A stretch of DNA of 64,000 bases from Syntrophales bacterium (GTDB taxonomy: Bacteria; Desulfobacterota; Syntrophia; Syntrophales; UBA2210), in contig CAXXNF010000002.1 in assembly GCA_963666365.2 (NCBI GenBank), forward strand, positions 352,001 through 416,000, given 5' to 3'. The translations under genes were made by a program, and so were the position numbers. The notes under the pieces were generated by a model. It did no database searches. It was not told the origin of the DNA and saw nothing but the letters and a program-made list of their open reading frames with translations. Below, in pieces: positions 18,572 to 27,998 of this stretch; the stretch's first letter is position 1; each line of letters begins with the position of its first letter.

Positions 18572-20902
18572 ATGAAGACAAAACGGGATCACTTGAATAT
18601 GTTGTGTGACGTCAGTGAGTTGTCGTCCCTTCTTGCCGGGAGTGAGAATATCGAACATTTTCTTCAGCGGACGGCACTCATGGTTGCGACCCATCTCGAT
18701 GCCCATGTGTGCTCGATATATCTTTACGAGGAGGCATCAGAGGAACTTGTCCTCACGGCTACCATGGGGCTTAATCAGGACGCCGTCGGCCGGGTGCGCA
18801 TGAAGCGCGGTGAGGGACTGGTTGGCACAGTCATGGATATACTTAAACCCATACTTGAAAAATCAGGGGAAAACAATCCTAATTTCAAATATTTTAAAGA
18901 GGCAAATGAAGACAGCTACACATCTTTTCTCGCGGTGCCGATTCAGAGAGGAAAAGAAAGAATCGGTGTTCTCGCCGTTCAGCATGAGCAAGTTGATTAC
19001 TTTAACGAGATCGATATGACGGCGCTCCAGGGTATCGCCGCACAATTAGCCGGCGCCATTGAAAATGTGCGGCTCTTGATGAATATGGACAGAAGGCCGC
19101 ATCGAAACTCTTCCTCGGAGTTACTTCAGCGACTTCGATTCGTAAAAGTAAAGAGTGCCTCGGAAGGGTGTGCCTTTGGTCTGTCCGTACCGTTTGTAAA
19201 AGGGGGATATTCAAGTCTGTACGTCAACAGTGATGACGACAAGGACCTTACAATCGAAGATTTTCATCGCGCCGTCAAAGTTACGGGCGATCAGTTATGC
19301 GATCTTCAGAAACGGATTTCGGAGCATCTTCCTGAAGCGGCCTCGCTTATCTTTGAGTCTCATCAGATGATACTTAAGGATGAAGGGTTTATAAGGCGGG
19401 TCGGCGATACAATGTGTGAGGGTATAGGAGTCACCGAGGCGGTGCGCCGTGCGGCCAAGTACTACATTCAAATTTTTTCGTCGAGTGCTCACTCTTATAT
19501 GACTGAAAAAACAGAAGATATAGAAGATCTTGCCAAGCGAATTATCGGGAATCTAAGGCCCGATCTTACGGAAGTACATTCGCCGATGGCCGGACGCATC
19601 GTAATTGCGCAGGATCTTTATCCGTCCGATATTTTGCGGCTTGCTGTGGAAGATGTAAGGGCGGTGATTCTGGTGAGCGGCGGAATGACGTCTCACATTG
19701 CAATTCTGTCCCGGTCGCTCCAAATTCCTTTAGTAATCGCGGAACAAGCGGAATTGCTCCATCTGCCCAAGGGCATTCCCATTCTTGTCGATGCGGATAT
19801 CGGCAATGTCTATATAGATCCCTCTGTGGATATTATCGAGACGTTCGAAAAAAAGAAGAAAGTACAGCAGAGAGTGACGCATTTGGCACAATCAATAAGT
19901 GCCAGGACTGAAACCAGAGATGGAACGCCCATACAGTTGATGGCGAATATAAATATTCTCGGCGAACTTGCGATTGCTCAGGCACTTCAGGTAGATGGAA
20001 TAGGTTTGTATCGAACGGAATTTCCCTTTCTCGTGCGATCGAATTTTCCTTCGGAGGAAGAGCAATTCCTCGTATACCGGCGTGTGTTCTCCGCTATGCC
20101 AGGACGCAGGACAGTGATTCGCACCCTTGATCTTGCCGGCGATAAAATAATTCCCTTTCTCGATAAGCCCCGGGAGTCGAACCCTCAACTCGGGCTCAGG
20201 TCGACAAGGTTCATGCTGGCGCATAAAGATATTTTTCAGCAACAGCTTCGTGCGATTTTAAGGGCAGCCGCGGGGCATGAAATCTGTGGAATTATGTTCC
20301 CTCTTATTTCGTCTCTGGATGAATTTCTTCAGGCCCGAAAGTGTCTGGACGAATGCATGGATGAGTTGGCATCGCAGGGTCTTTCCTACCACGAAACTCC
20401 GCAGGTTGGCATGATGGTTGAGCTGCCGGCGATTGTGGAAATAGCCGACGATGTTGCGGAAGAAGCCGATTTTTCCTCAATCGGAACCAACGATTTCGTG
20501 CAGTATATGTTGGCGGCTGACAGGAACAACGAACAGGTCGAGAGCTACTACCAGCCCTATCATCCGTCGGTCCTGCGGGCGCTCAAACGTGTTGTTGATG
20601 CCCATGTGTGCAGAGGCAAAGACATTTCGGTCTGTGGGGAAACGGCACATGAATTTGACTACCTGCGTTTTCTTGTCGGAATTGGAGTGAAAAGTCTGAG
20701 CGTCGACCCGCGTTTCATTCCATCAATAAGGCGATCTCTTGCCGATTTCGATATGGAGGAGGCCTGTTGTTACGCCGAGGCGCTGCTTAGTAAAAAGACG
20801 ATTTCAGGAGTGTTCGAAGAGATTGATGAATATCATGTTTTGAGCTATCCTCCCGAACATTCACACGGTTCCTGTCACGCATCCCGGTATCGCGACCGGT
20901 GA
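18572..20902 (+). CDS. ptsP: PEP-protein phosphotransferase with N-terminal GAF domain (EI-Ntr)
   Basis: GAF domain, TSH phosphohistidine, GIGLYRTEF, NPQLGLR, SIGTND and SVCGE motifs. Confidence 0.93.
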   Translation: MKTKRDHLNMLCDVSELSSLLAGSENIEHFLQRTALMVATHLDAHVCSIYLYEEASEELVLTATMGLNQDAVGRVRMKRGEGLVGTVMDILKPILEKSGENNPNFKYFKEANEDSYTSFLAVPIQRGKERIGVLAVQHEQVDYFNEIDMTALQGIAAQLAGAIENVRLLMNMDRRPHRNSSSELLQRLRFVKVKSASEGCAFGLSVPFVKGGYSSLYVNSDDDKDLTIEDFHRAVKVTGDQLCDLQKRISEHLPEAASLIFESHQMILKDEGFIRRVGDTMCEGIGVTEAVRRAAKYYIQIFSSSAHSYMTEKTEDIEDLAKRIIGNLRPDLTEVHSPMAGRIVIAQDLYPSDILRLAVEDVRAVILVSGGMTSHIAILSRSLQIPLVIAEQAELLHLPKGIPILVDADIGNVYIDPSVDIIETFEKKKKVQQRVTHLAQSISARTETRDGTPIQLMANINILGELAIAQALQVDGIGLYRTEFPFLVRSNFPSEEEQFLVYRRVFSAMPGRRTVIRTLDLAGDKIIPFLDKPRESNPQLGLRSTRFMLAHKDIFQQQLRAILRAAAGHEICGIMFPLISSLDEFLQARKCLDECMDELASQGLSYHETPQVGMMVELPAIVEIADDVAEEADFSSIGTNDFVQYMLAADRNNEQVESYYQPYHPSVLRALKRVVDAHVCRGKDISVCGETAHEFDYLRFLVGIGVKSLSVDPRFIPSIRRSLADFDMEEACCYAEALLSKKTISGVFEEIDEYHVLSYPPEHSHGSCHASRYRDR

Positions 20903-20957
20903 AAAGAATCACCGAGGTGCGATGTGCCTTGTTTTTTTAACTACGGAAAGGATAGGC

Positions 20958-21896
20958 ATGCATAAGGGTGGACTTACCATCAGGGATCTGCCTTCCCAAT
21001 GGATGGATTTGATGGATATTGCGCTGGAAAAGGAGAAGGAGAGAAAAATATTGAAGGGATTGGATTACGGTGCTGCCGTAACGGATGCAAGGAGGGCGCA
21101 AAAATTGTTTTCAGCAGTGAAGGAGGCCACCCATGTCGTTTTGCACATACGTGAAGGAAATGAAGAACAAAATCCCCATCTTGAGGTTTCCCGACGGATG
21201 GAACGCCTGCCCCGGGAAACTCTACGTCTTTATGGAGTATTCCTCCCGCTGACCATAATTCTTCTTTCGATGACGTTTCTGCTGCCCGCAGGTGGCATCG
21301 AAGTGTGGGGCATGCGAGCCTGTATCCTCTTCTTTCTTGTATTTCCCATTATTTATAGACAACGTCTTCGACTCAATATTGCTCATGACTGTTCATACCG
21401 AAGGGAGACTGACGGGATGTCGGTTATTGAAATTGACCAACTTCCCGAGAAACAGTTCATCTCATATGTGGCTCATGAATATGCGCACCATGTATTCTAT
21501 AGTAAATATGGGGACTTGAATGATTCGTGGGTAAAGAAAGGTTGGTGCAGGCTCGTCCAGTGGGCTGTGGTCAATTATTTCTATGGTCGCGAGGGCAATC
21601 CCGCCTATCTGGGCCATGTGCTCGAGCAGATTGCCGGTGAGCTGAAATGTGCCTGTGAAATGGTTGCAATGTCGCTGAGAATGGGTCTTCCTGGGCCGTT
21701 GAGGAGAATCAGGACCCCCTATAGTACAAATTCTCTCGCAGCGTTTCTTACAGGGAAGCCCCTGTTCGATGTGCGCCGTCATGCAGTGCACAGTGTGGGA
21801 ACCGCCCGTTTTTTTCTTGCCGCGAAGAAATGGGGAATTGATGAAGCTCTGAAAAATCCGCGCCGCGTCGTTGAGGAAGCATTACATGCCAGTTGA
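20958..21896 (+). CDS. Membrane protein with an HExxH zincin-like motif
   Basis: Two hydrophobic helices followed by YVAHEYAHH. Start uncertain (20922 or 20958). Confidence 0.65.
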   Translation: MHKGGLTIRDLPSQWMDLMDIALEKEKERKILKGLDYGAAVTDARRAQKLFSAVKEATHVVLHIREGNEEQNPHLEVSRRMERLPRETLRLYGVFLPLTIILLSMTFLLPAGGIEVWGMRACILFFLVFPIIYRQRLRLNIAHDCSYRRETDGMSVIEIDQLPEKQFISYVAHEYAHHVFYSKYGDLNDSWVKKGWCRLVQWAVVNYFYGREGNPAYLGHVLEQIAGELKCACEMVAMSLRMGLPGPLRRIRTPYSTNSLAAFLTGKPLFDVRRHAVHSVGTARFFLAAKKWGIDEALKNPRRVVEEALHAS

Positions 21897-22032
21897 GCGC
21901 CGCTAGCGTGGCAATGTGTTCAGGGTAATAAAACTCTTGGTTTACGCAGCCTGTTCTGGTAAATGTCACAGAAAGGCTGGTTGTGGTACGCTGTTGAAAC
22001 AATGGACACATGTGACATTGAGAGGTCCGATT

Positions 22033-22758
22033 ATGAAATCTTCCGAATCGTCATTGAATTTCCTGCCTTTTAAAAACCTTGACGCAGTTCTGGAAGAGAA
22101 GTGCATGAAACCGACCTCACCCGCAACCCGAACAAAGGAATCAATTGACACTCATGAGGGCGATGACCCATGGAGAGAGAGCATTCTCTTTGAAAAAGCC
22201 ATGGAGGATGTGGTTCCCCTCAGACAAAACCATGTGATAGACAGGAGGATGTCTGTTACCGCCTCTCATTGCGCCGATTCCAGCGAGGAACGCGAGGCGC
22301 TTGACAATCTGAAGAGTCTCGTCGACAGCGGGAAAGGATTCGTGGTCGCGCACACCCCTGAATATGTTGAAGGCAGCTCCTACGGTGGGCATCCGGAAAT
22401 GGCGCAGCGCCTTCATCGCGGAGATTTCTCAATTCAAGCCCATATCGATCTTCACGGTTTCACCGTTACGGCTGCACGGCCTGCACTCGATGCCTTCATT
22501 GCCGAGTCAGTCAGAACAGGCAAAAGGGCGGTGATGGTTATCCATGGGAGGGGGCGTTCGTCTCCGGTAAAACCGGTGTTAAAGAAAAAAGTAATCCAGT
22601 GGCTCTGTGAAAGTCCCCTGCAAAAGTGGGTGATTGCCTTCTCAAGCGCTCCGTTGTTCGATGGAGGCGCAGGAGCGACCTATGTGCTGTTAAGACGGCG
22701 TCCCGCCACTAAGGGAATGAGGAAGCGCATTAGGGGGCGCGCCCATGGTCGGAATTGA
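22033..22758 (+). CDS. Smr/MutS2-domain endonuclease
   Basis: LF..AM.DV.PL, IDLHG, VIHGRG, VLK and GGAGATYVLL motifs. Start uncertain. Confidence 0.9.
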   Translation: MKSSESSLNFLPFKNLDAVLEEKCMKPTSPATRTKESIDTHEGDDPWRESILFEKAMEDVVPLRQNHVIDRRMSVTASHCADSSEEREALDNLKSLVDSGKGFVVAHTPEYVEGSSYGGHPEMAQRLHRGDFSIQAHIDLHGFTVTAARPALDAFIAESVRTGKRAVMVIHGRGRSSPVKPVLKKKVIQWLCESPLQKWVIAFSSAPLFDGGAGATYVLLRRRPATKGMRKRIRGRAHGRN

Positions 22759-22791
22759 CGAACGATTTCTTAAGGACTGATTGGATGGTGC

Positions 22792-23553
22792 ATGATGGTA
22801 TATTGTATTAAAGCCGGATATGCCAACACGTACGTGATCGAAGAGCCGGAGGGGACAGTTGCCGTCGATGTGGGAACCCGATATGCGGCGGAAAAAGTAT
22901 TTCAGTTGGTGTCTTCAAAAAATGGTTCTCAACAGGGCGGGCTTCGTCTGATCACGGCGACTCATTTTCATATCGATCATATCGGTGGGATCAATAGACT
23001 GCATGAACTCTGTCCGGAGGCGTCCATTCATTTTCACCTTTTTGTCGGGGCCTACCTCAGCGGTAAAGAAACGTTGTCCGTGCCTCCTCTGCGTCGCTGG
23101 ATTTTCGGACTCGTTCCCACGCTGTTCAAACTCGGGAACCCCCTCGCAAATGCCTATCGTGCCGCCGTGAGCGAGAAGAAAGGGATTCCTCTTCCCCTGA
23201 CGGGGTCGAGGAACAGGGTTGCCTATAATGGCCTATGCGACTTGAAGGATTCGGTGACGCTTTCTCCAGGTTCGGGGTGGGTGGTTCTGGAGACGCCGGG
23301 TCATACCCCCGACAGCATTTCTTTTTACTGCGAAGAAGAAAAAGCGCTGATCTGCGGTGATACCATTTTAAATATGGAGGGAAGGGGCGAATTGAATCGC
23401 TTTTGTGCGAGTTGGGACAGCATTCACCGTTCCTTTGAGAAACTTTGCTCCTTCGAGGTGGAAACGATGTACCCCGGTCACGGTACGCCCATTGAAGAGG
23501 TGAAAGGGCTTCTCTCCGGAGTGCGCAGCACGCCACTTAATATAGCGCCTTAG
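22792..23553 (+). CDS. Metallo-beta-lactamase-fold hydrolase
   Basis: THFHIDHIGG, TPGHT, GD and YPGHG motifs. Confidence 0.9.
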   Translation: MMVYCIKAGYANTYVIEEPEGTVAVDVGTRYAAEKVFQLVSSKNGSQQGGLRLITATHFHIDHIGGINRLHELCPEASIHFHLFVGAYLSGKETLSVPPLRRWIFGLVPTLFKLGNPLANAYRAAVSEKKGIPLPLTGSRNRVAYNGLCDLKDSVTLSPGSGWVVLETPGHTPDSISFYCEEEKALICGDTILNMEGRGELNRFCASWDSIHRSFEKLCSFEVETMYPGHGTPIEEVKGLLSGVRSTPLNIAP

Positions 23554-23662
23554 GCCGAAAACTGAAAAAGGATTTAAAAAACTCCTTCAGCACTCAGCCT
23601 CAACGCTTCGAAGGGTCAAGAAAAAATGAGCTGTGCGGCCATGCGCATTCAACCTTTATGGT

Positions 23663-23974
23663 TCATCTCTCGGGAAGATGGATTTTTCGTTTTTCCGGAT
23701 CGCTTTGATATCGAAAAATAATCGCCACATGCCCCGTCATTCCGACGAATTCACATGCTGCCTTCTGTGCGAGTTCTTCAATCATCAGGTTCTTCAGGCT
23801 TCTTTCGGACACATCGGTAAACTTGATCTTGATCAATTCGTGTAGGGCGAGCGCTTCGTCAATGGCGTTCACTATCTCTGTGGTGATCCCCTTCTGCCCG
23901 ATAAGGACAACGGGCTTCAGCGCATGTGCCATCGCCCGAAGGCGTCGTTTCTGATATCCTTGCAGTGAACTCAT
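23663..23974 (-). CDS. yhbY: YhbY/CRM-domain RNA-binding protein
   Basis: LRAMAHALKPVVLIGQKG and HELIKIK motifs. Confidence 0.93.
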   Translation of the reverse strand: MSSLQGYQKRRLRAMAHALKPVVLIGQKGITTEIVNAIDEALALHELIKIKFTDVSERSLKNLMIEELAQKAACEFVGMTGHVAIIFRYQSDPEKRKIHLPER

Positions 23975-24008
23975 GGGGTGATTCCTTTCATATCCGTGTC
24001 CGCCGTGC

Positions 24009-24362
24009 TCATGGGCGTTGGTGTTCCCTGTGTCGACTCCCTAGTATATAGGCGTCGATTATCGAAAACAGCCAGATTGCAATGAGGAAGGCAAAACAAA
24101 ACGACACAGCGGCAGACGACGAGGACGACACCGCCCGCGATGCCTCCTGTGTGATTGTTTGTACATCGATGGCGCCGTTTTGATGCTGCAGTGTTTCAAG
24201 CACCGCGAGCGCCTGGACCACAGCAATGCCCACAATGATTCCTATAGTGCCTAAGGTGAGCATCACTATTGCAATTCCCCTGCCGTATCTTCCGAGGTGA
24301 ATCTGGCCTACTCCCGGGAAGGCAAGCGCGGAGAGAAGTGCCGCTTTTGTGTGAATTTTCAT
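24009..24362 (-). CDS. Small membrane protein
   Basis: AALLSA..FPG.GQI.LG...RG and W.FSIIDAY pattern. Confidence 0.75.
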   Translation of the reverse strand: MKIHTKAALLSALAFPGVGQIHLGRYGRGIAIVMLTLGTIGIIVGIAVVQALAVLETLQHQNGAIDVQTITQEASRAVSSSSSAAVSFCFAFLIAIWLFSIIDAYILGSRHREHQRP

Positions 24363-24570
24363 CGTTGTCCCTTCTTTATGGTGCAATTGCATTGTAGTCC
24401 TTTCGAGAGACAAATACAAGCCGATGGCGGCTACAGGGTGTGCATTTTTCTGCGTTCTTCCTTGAGACAGAGGGGAGCGAATTATGATTTGCCCTTTGAA
24501 TTCCTATCTGCTAAAAGCTCAAAATGCACAGCATCACACGGGCATATTATGATGAAAGGTGAAATGATAT

Positions 24571-25770
24571 ATGGCTATCGCAAAGAAAATCGAATCGTTT
24601 ATGGCTCAATCCTCATGGATTCGCCGGATGTTTGAGGACGGGCTCAGATTGAAGAAGGAATATGGGGAAGAGAACGTATTCGATTTCAGCCTGGGAAATC
24701 CTAACCTGAACCCTCCCGAAAAATTCAAAAAGTTCCTCAGGGAGGTTGCCGCAGAGGAAAGAGAAGGCATCCACGGATACATGCCAAATGCCGGTTATCC
24801 TGAGACCAGAGAGGCCATTGCTTCATTCCTCAGCGCTACACAGGAGGTAGAACTTGGGGGGCAGCACATAATTATGGCCTGCGGCGCCGGCGGGGCATTG
24901 AATGTAGCCCTTAAAACGTTGCTCGATCCGGGTGACGAGGTGATCATTCCTACACCTTTTTTTGTTGAATACCGTTTTTATGTCGACAATTACAACGGGA
25001 TTCCACGACTTGTACCGACAAAAAAAGATTTCTCCCTTGATCTGCCGGCGATTGAAGCGGCAATTACCGAAAAAACGAAAGTTGTCCTCATCAATTCTCC
25101 GCACAACCCAACGGGCAAGGTCTATAATCAGGACTCCATCGACCAGCTGGCATCGATGCTCGCGCGAAAGGGGCGTGAATCGGGACGAGAGATATATCTC
25201 ATCTCGGACGAACCCTACCGTGAAATTGTCTACGACGGAAGCGAGGTTCCGAGTCTCTTAAAGGCGTACCGTCACAGTATTGTTGCCACGTCATATTCGA
25301 AAAGCATCTCCATCCCCGGAGAGAGAATCGGATTCCTGGCGGTAAATCCGGCATCGGCGGATTGCGAAAACTTGATAAACGGTATGTCGCTGTGTACGAG
25401 AATACTTGGATTTGTAAACGCCCCTGCCATGATGCAGCGGGTGATTGCACTCCTTCAAGGTGTGCAGGTCAATGTAAATGAATATAAACGAAAGCGAGAT
25501 CTGCTCTGTGACGGTCTTTCGCGGATAGGCTACGAGGTGATGAAACCGGAAGGCGCCTTTTATCTCTTTTTGAAGAGTCCTGTTGACGACGACGTTGCCT
25601 TTGTTAAGGCACTGCAGAGAAAACAGATCCTGACGGTTCCGGGAAGCGGTTTTGAGGGACCGGGATACATACGAATCGCCTATTGTGTCGACGATGCCGT
25701 CATCACAAATTCGATGAAAGGTTTTGGAGAGGTCTATCGAGAATTGACTGCGCAAGGGGAGAAGAGCTGA
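24571..25770 (+). CDS. PLP-dependent class I/II (aspartate) aminotransferase
   Basis: DFSLGNP, INSPHNPTG, SDEPY and SYSKSISIPGERIG motifs. Confidence 0.93.
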   Translation: MAIAKKIESFMAQSSWIRRMFEDGLRLKKEYGEENVFDFSLGNPNLNPPEKFKKFLREVAAEEREGIHGYMPNAGYPETREAIASFLSATQEVELGGQHIIMACGAGGALNVALKTLLDPGDEVIIPTPFFVEYRFYVDNYNGIPRLVPTKKDFSLDLPAIEAAITEKTKVVLINSPHNPTGKVYNQDSIDQLASMLARKGRESGREIYLISDEPYREIVYDGSEVPSLLKAYRHSIVATSYSKSISIPGERIGFLAVNPASADCENLINGMSLCTRILGFVNAPAMMQRVIALLQGVQVNVNEYKRKRDLLCDGLSRIGYEVMKPEGAFYLFLKSPVDDDVAFVKALQRKQILTVPGSGFEGPGYIRIAYCVDDAVITNSMKGFGEVYRELTAQGEKS

Positions 25771-25772
25771 GC

Positions 25773-26114
25773 ATGCATGAGGAAATTCGACCTTGGGGAC
25801 GCTATCGTGTGTTGTTGGATGAAGCGGATCACAAGGTGAAGATGATCGTCATTTTTCAAGGCAAGCGCTTGAGCCTCCAGAGGCATCGAAAACGGAGTGA
25901 ACACTGGTACATTGTCCGCGGAAACGCCCTGGTGACACTGAACGACCGCATCATGCAGGTGGCGCCGGGTCAATCCGTCGATATTCCGCAGTCGAGTCTC
26001 CACCGTATCGAAAACACGGGCGCCGGGGAGGTGGTGCTTATTGAGGTGCAAACAGGCGTCTATTTCGGTGAAGACGACATTGAACGTTTTGAGGACGATT
26101 ATGGACGTCTGTAA
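25773..26114 (+). CDS. Cupin, stand-alone mannose-6-phosphate isomerase type II C-terminal domain
   Basis: RPWG, LSLQRH.KRSEHW and IEVQTG.YFGEDDIERFEDDYGR motifs. Confidence 0.92.
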   Translation: MHEEIRPWGRYRVLLDEADHKVKMIVIFQGKRLSLQRHRKRSEHWYIVRGNALVTLNDRIMQVAPGQSVDIPQSSLHRIENTGAGEVVLIEVQTGVYFGEDDIERFEDDYGRL

Positions 26115-26117
26115 CCG

Positions 26118-26978
26118 TTAAAATCTCATTAAAATAATCGACACGACGGTAAGTATCACAGCGAGACAGCGAGAGAAGTCGATCTTTTCTTTATAAAACA
26201 AAACAGAAAGAGCGATGACCACCACAAAATACATCCCCGTGACGGGCATGATGATGGACAGGGGTCCCCTCTCAAGGGCGTGGAGAAGCGAATAAAAGCC
26301 GGCAAAATTGAAAATGCCCATGGAGAATCCCAGAAGAAGCGCTTTCCCTTGGTTCGCCTTTACTCCCGGACCGCGAAGAAACCCATGCAGGGCAAGAGAG
26401 AGGAACATGCTTAAAAAATATGATAATGCGATAAAGGCCAGTTTATTGACATGTAGTGCGGCATACTTGCTTGAGAGCGCCGCAATCGATCCTGAGACGA
26501 GGGCGATTAATGCCATGACGAAGCCCCGTGCGGCCATATTTTTTGGATCACTGTTCACTGCCGAATGATGGGCAAGCATGATAATGACCCCGATGGCAAT
26601 ACAGATTCCTGCAATTTGAAAGCCTGAAAGCCGATCATGAAATAAAATGACCGACAAAATTACCACAACGCCCGTGTTGAGGCGAATAAGCGGCATTGCC
26701 CTGCTTGTGGGAATATATTTAAGGGCTTCTATGGTCATGATTGTGCTCGTAAGAAAGGACAGACCGTTTATCAGAGAAAGGGCAATTAAAAGAGGAGGGT
26801 AGGAGATTGCGTTGTTTCCGAAGAAAAAGAAAACCGCACCGATGAATGCCACGGTTCCCATAAAGGAAAAGGTTGTCCACGCGGTATTGCATTTTTCCGC
26901 CGCCGATACCTTGTAAAGAAATCGTTGTATGCCGAAAAGAAAAAGGGAAATAATAGCAAGGACATACCAGGTTTTCAT
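26118..26978 (-). CDS. EamA/DMT family transporter
   Basis: About 10 transmembrane helices in two repeated halves. Confidence 0.85.
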   Translation of the reverse strand: MKTWYVLAIISLFLFGIQRFLYKVSAAEKCNTAWTTFSFMGTVAFIGAVFFFFGNNAISYPPLLIALSLINGLSFLTSTIMTIEALKYIPTSRAMPLIRLNTGVVVILSVILFHDRLSGFQIAGICIAIGVIIMLAHHSAVNSDPKNMAARGFVMALIALVSGSIAALSSKYAALHVNKLAFIALSYFLSMFLSLALHGFLRGPGVKANQGKALLLGFSMGIFNFAGFYSLLHALERGPLSIIMPVTGMYFVVVIALSVLFYKEKIDFSRCLAVILTVVSIILMRF

Positions 26979-27143
26979 AGCAGTACTTCGAAGGGTGTGA
27001 CATCGAAAGCTTTCCCGAGAATCACTTTGAAAGCAGCCAGGGGCAGCGACTGACCACCTCTGAAGGCATATCGAGAGTGGATTCGGGTGATACCGATTAT
27101 GACTCCAAAAGAGACCTGAGGAGCCTACGAGGGACGCTGCATC

Positions 27144-27570
27144 TTAGGCTGGTTTTTTCTTTGGGGGACTCATCATTGCCTCGCCGTCGACAATAAGTGT
27201 ACCGTCCTGATTGACACAGGTGGTCCTCAAGATGACTCTGTTCTTTTCATTTAGCACATCAGTTACTTCAGCACGGGCGGTAATCGTATCGCCGATGCGA
27301 GCAGGAGCAAGAAATCGCAGACTCTGGCTTATGTACACAGATCCCGGGCCGGGAAGCAGGGTTCCCAGAATGGCGGAGATGAATCCGCCCAGCAACATGC
27401 CATGGGCAATACGCCCTTTAAAGAATGTCTGCGCGGCATACTCCTCGTTAATATGGGCGGGATTCATGTCTCCCGTGATGCCGGCATAGAGATACACATC
27501 AGACTCTGAGAGTTTTTGAAAATTCCTCCTTATCGCCTTTACGAATTTCATCTATGGACTTCGATGCCAT
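27144..27570 (-). pseudogene. MaoC-family (R)-enoyl-CoA hydratase with a frameshift near codon 21
   Basis: RBS GGAAAGGAG and ATG 27570 give MASKSIDEIRKGDKEEFSKTL then a stop. SESDVYLYAGITGDMNPAH...RIAHG continues in another frame. Confidence 0.8.
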
Positions 27571-27998
27571 GGACAGGGGTTCTCCTTTCCTTTATTGGAT
27601 TTTGCTATATCACGTAATGACAGGCGCGGCAAGGGGATTGAGGGGGCGTCTTATTTCTATAAGACAACTAATTAGGATAGCCATTAATTCCCCATATTAT
27701 CACTATTGCATATGGCGCGATCATGTGTAGTATACATGACATTTGAAGGTGGTTCAGTATGTAACAATGCAGGCATCCACGTAAGGGAATGCGAAAGGGC
27801 AGCCTATTTGAATTCATCAATACAGTGAGCGTTTGTGTGATTTTTTTTCTTGACAGCATCAATAAAGCAATATACCAAATCTACCGTTAAGGGGTTCGGA
27901 CAAAAATATATGTGCCGTAAAACATCATGGTGAATGCGTGAAGAGTGACGGCGTATAAAATCAACATACTAAGGCTTTAAAATGAAAAGGAGGCGCCT

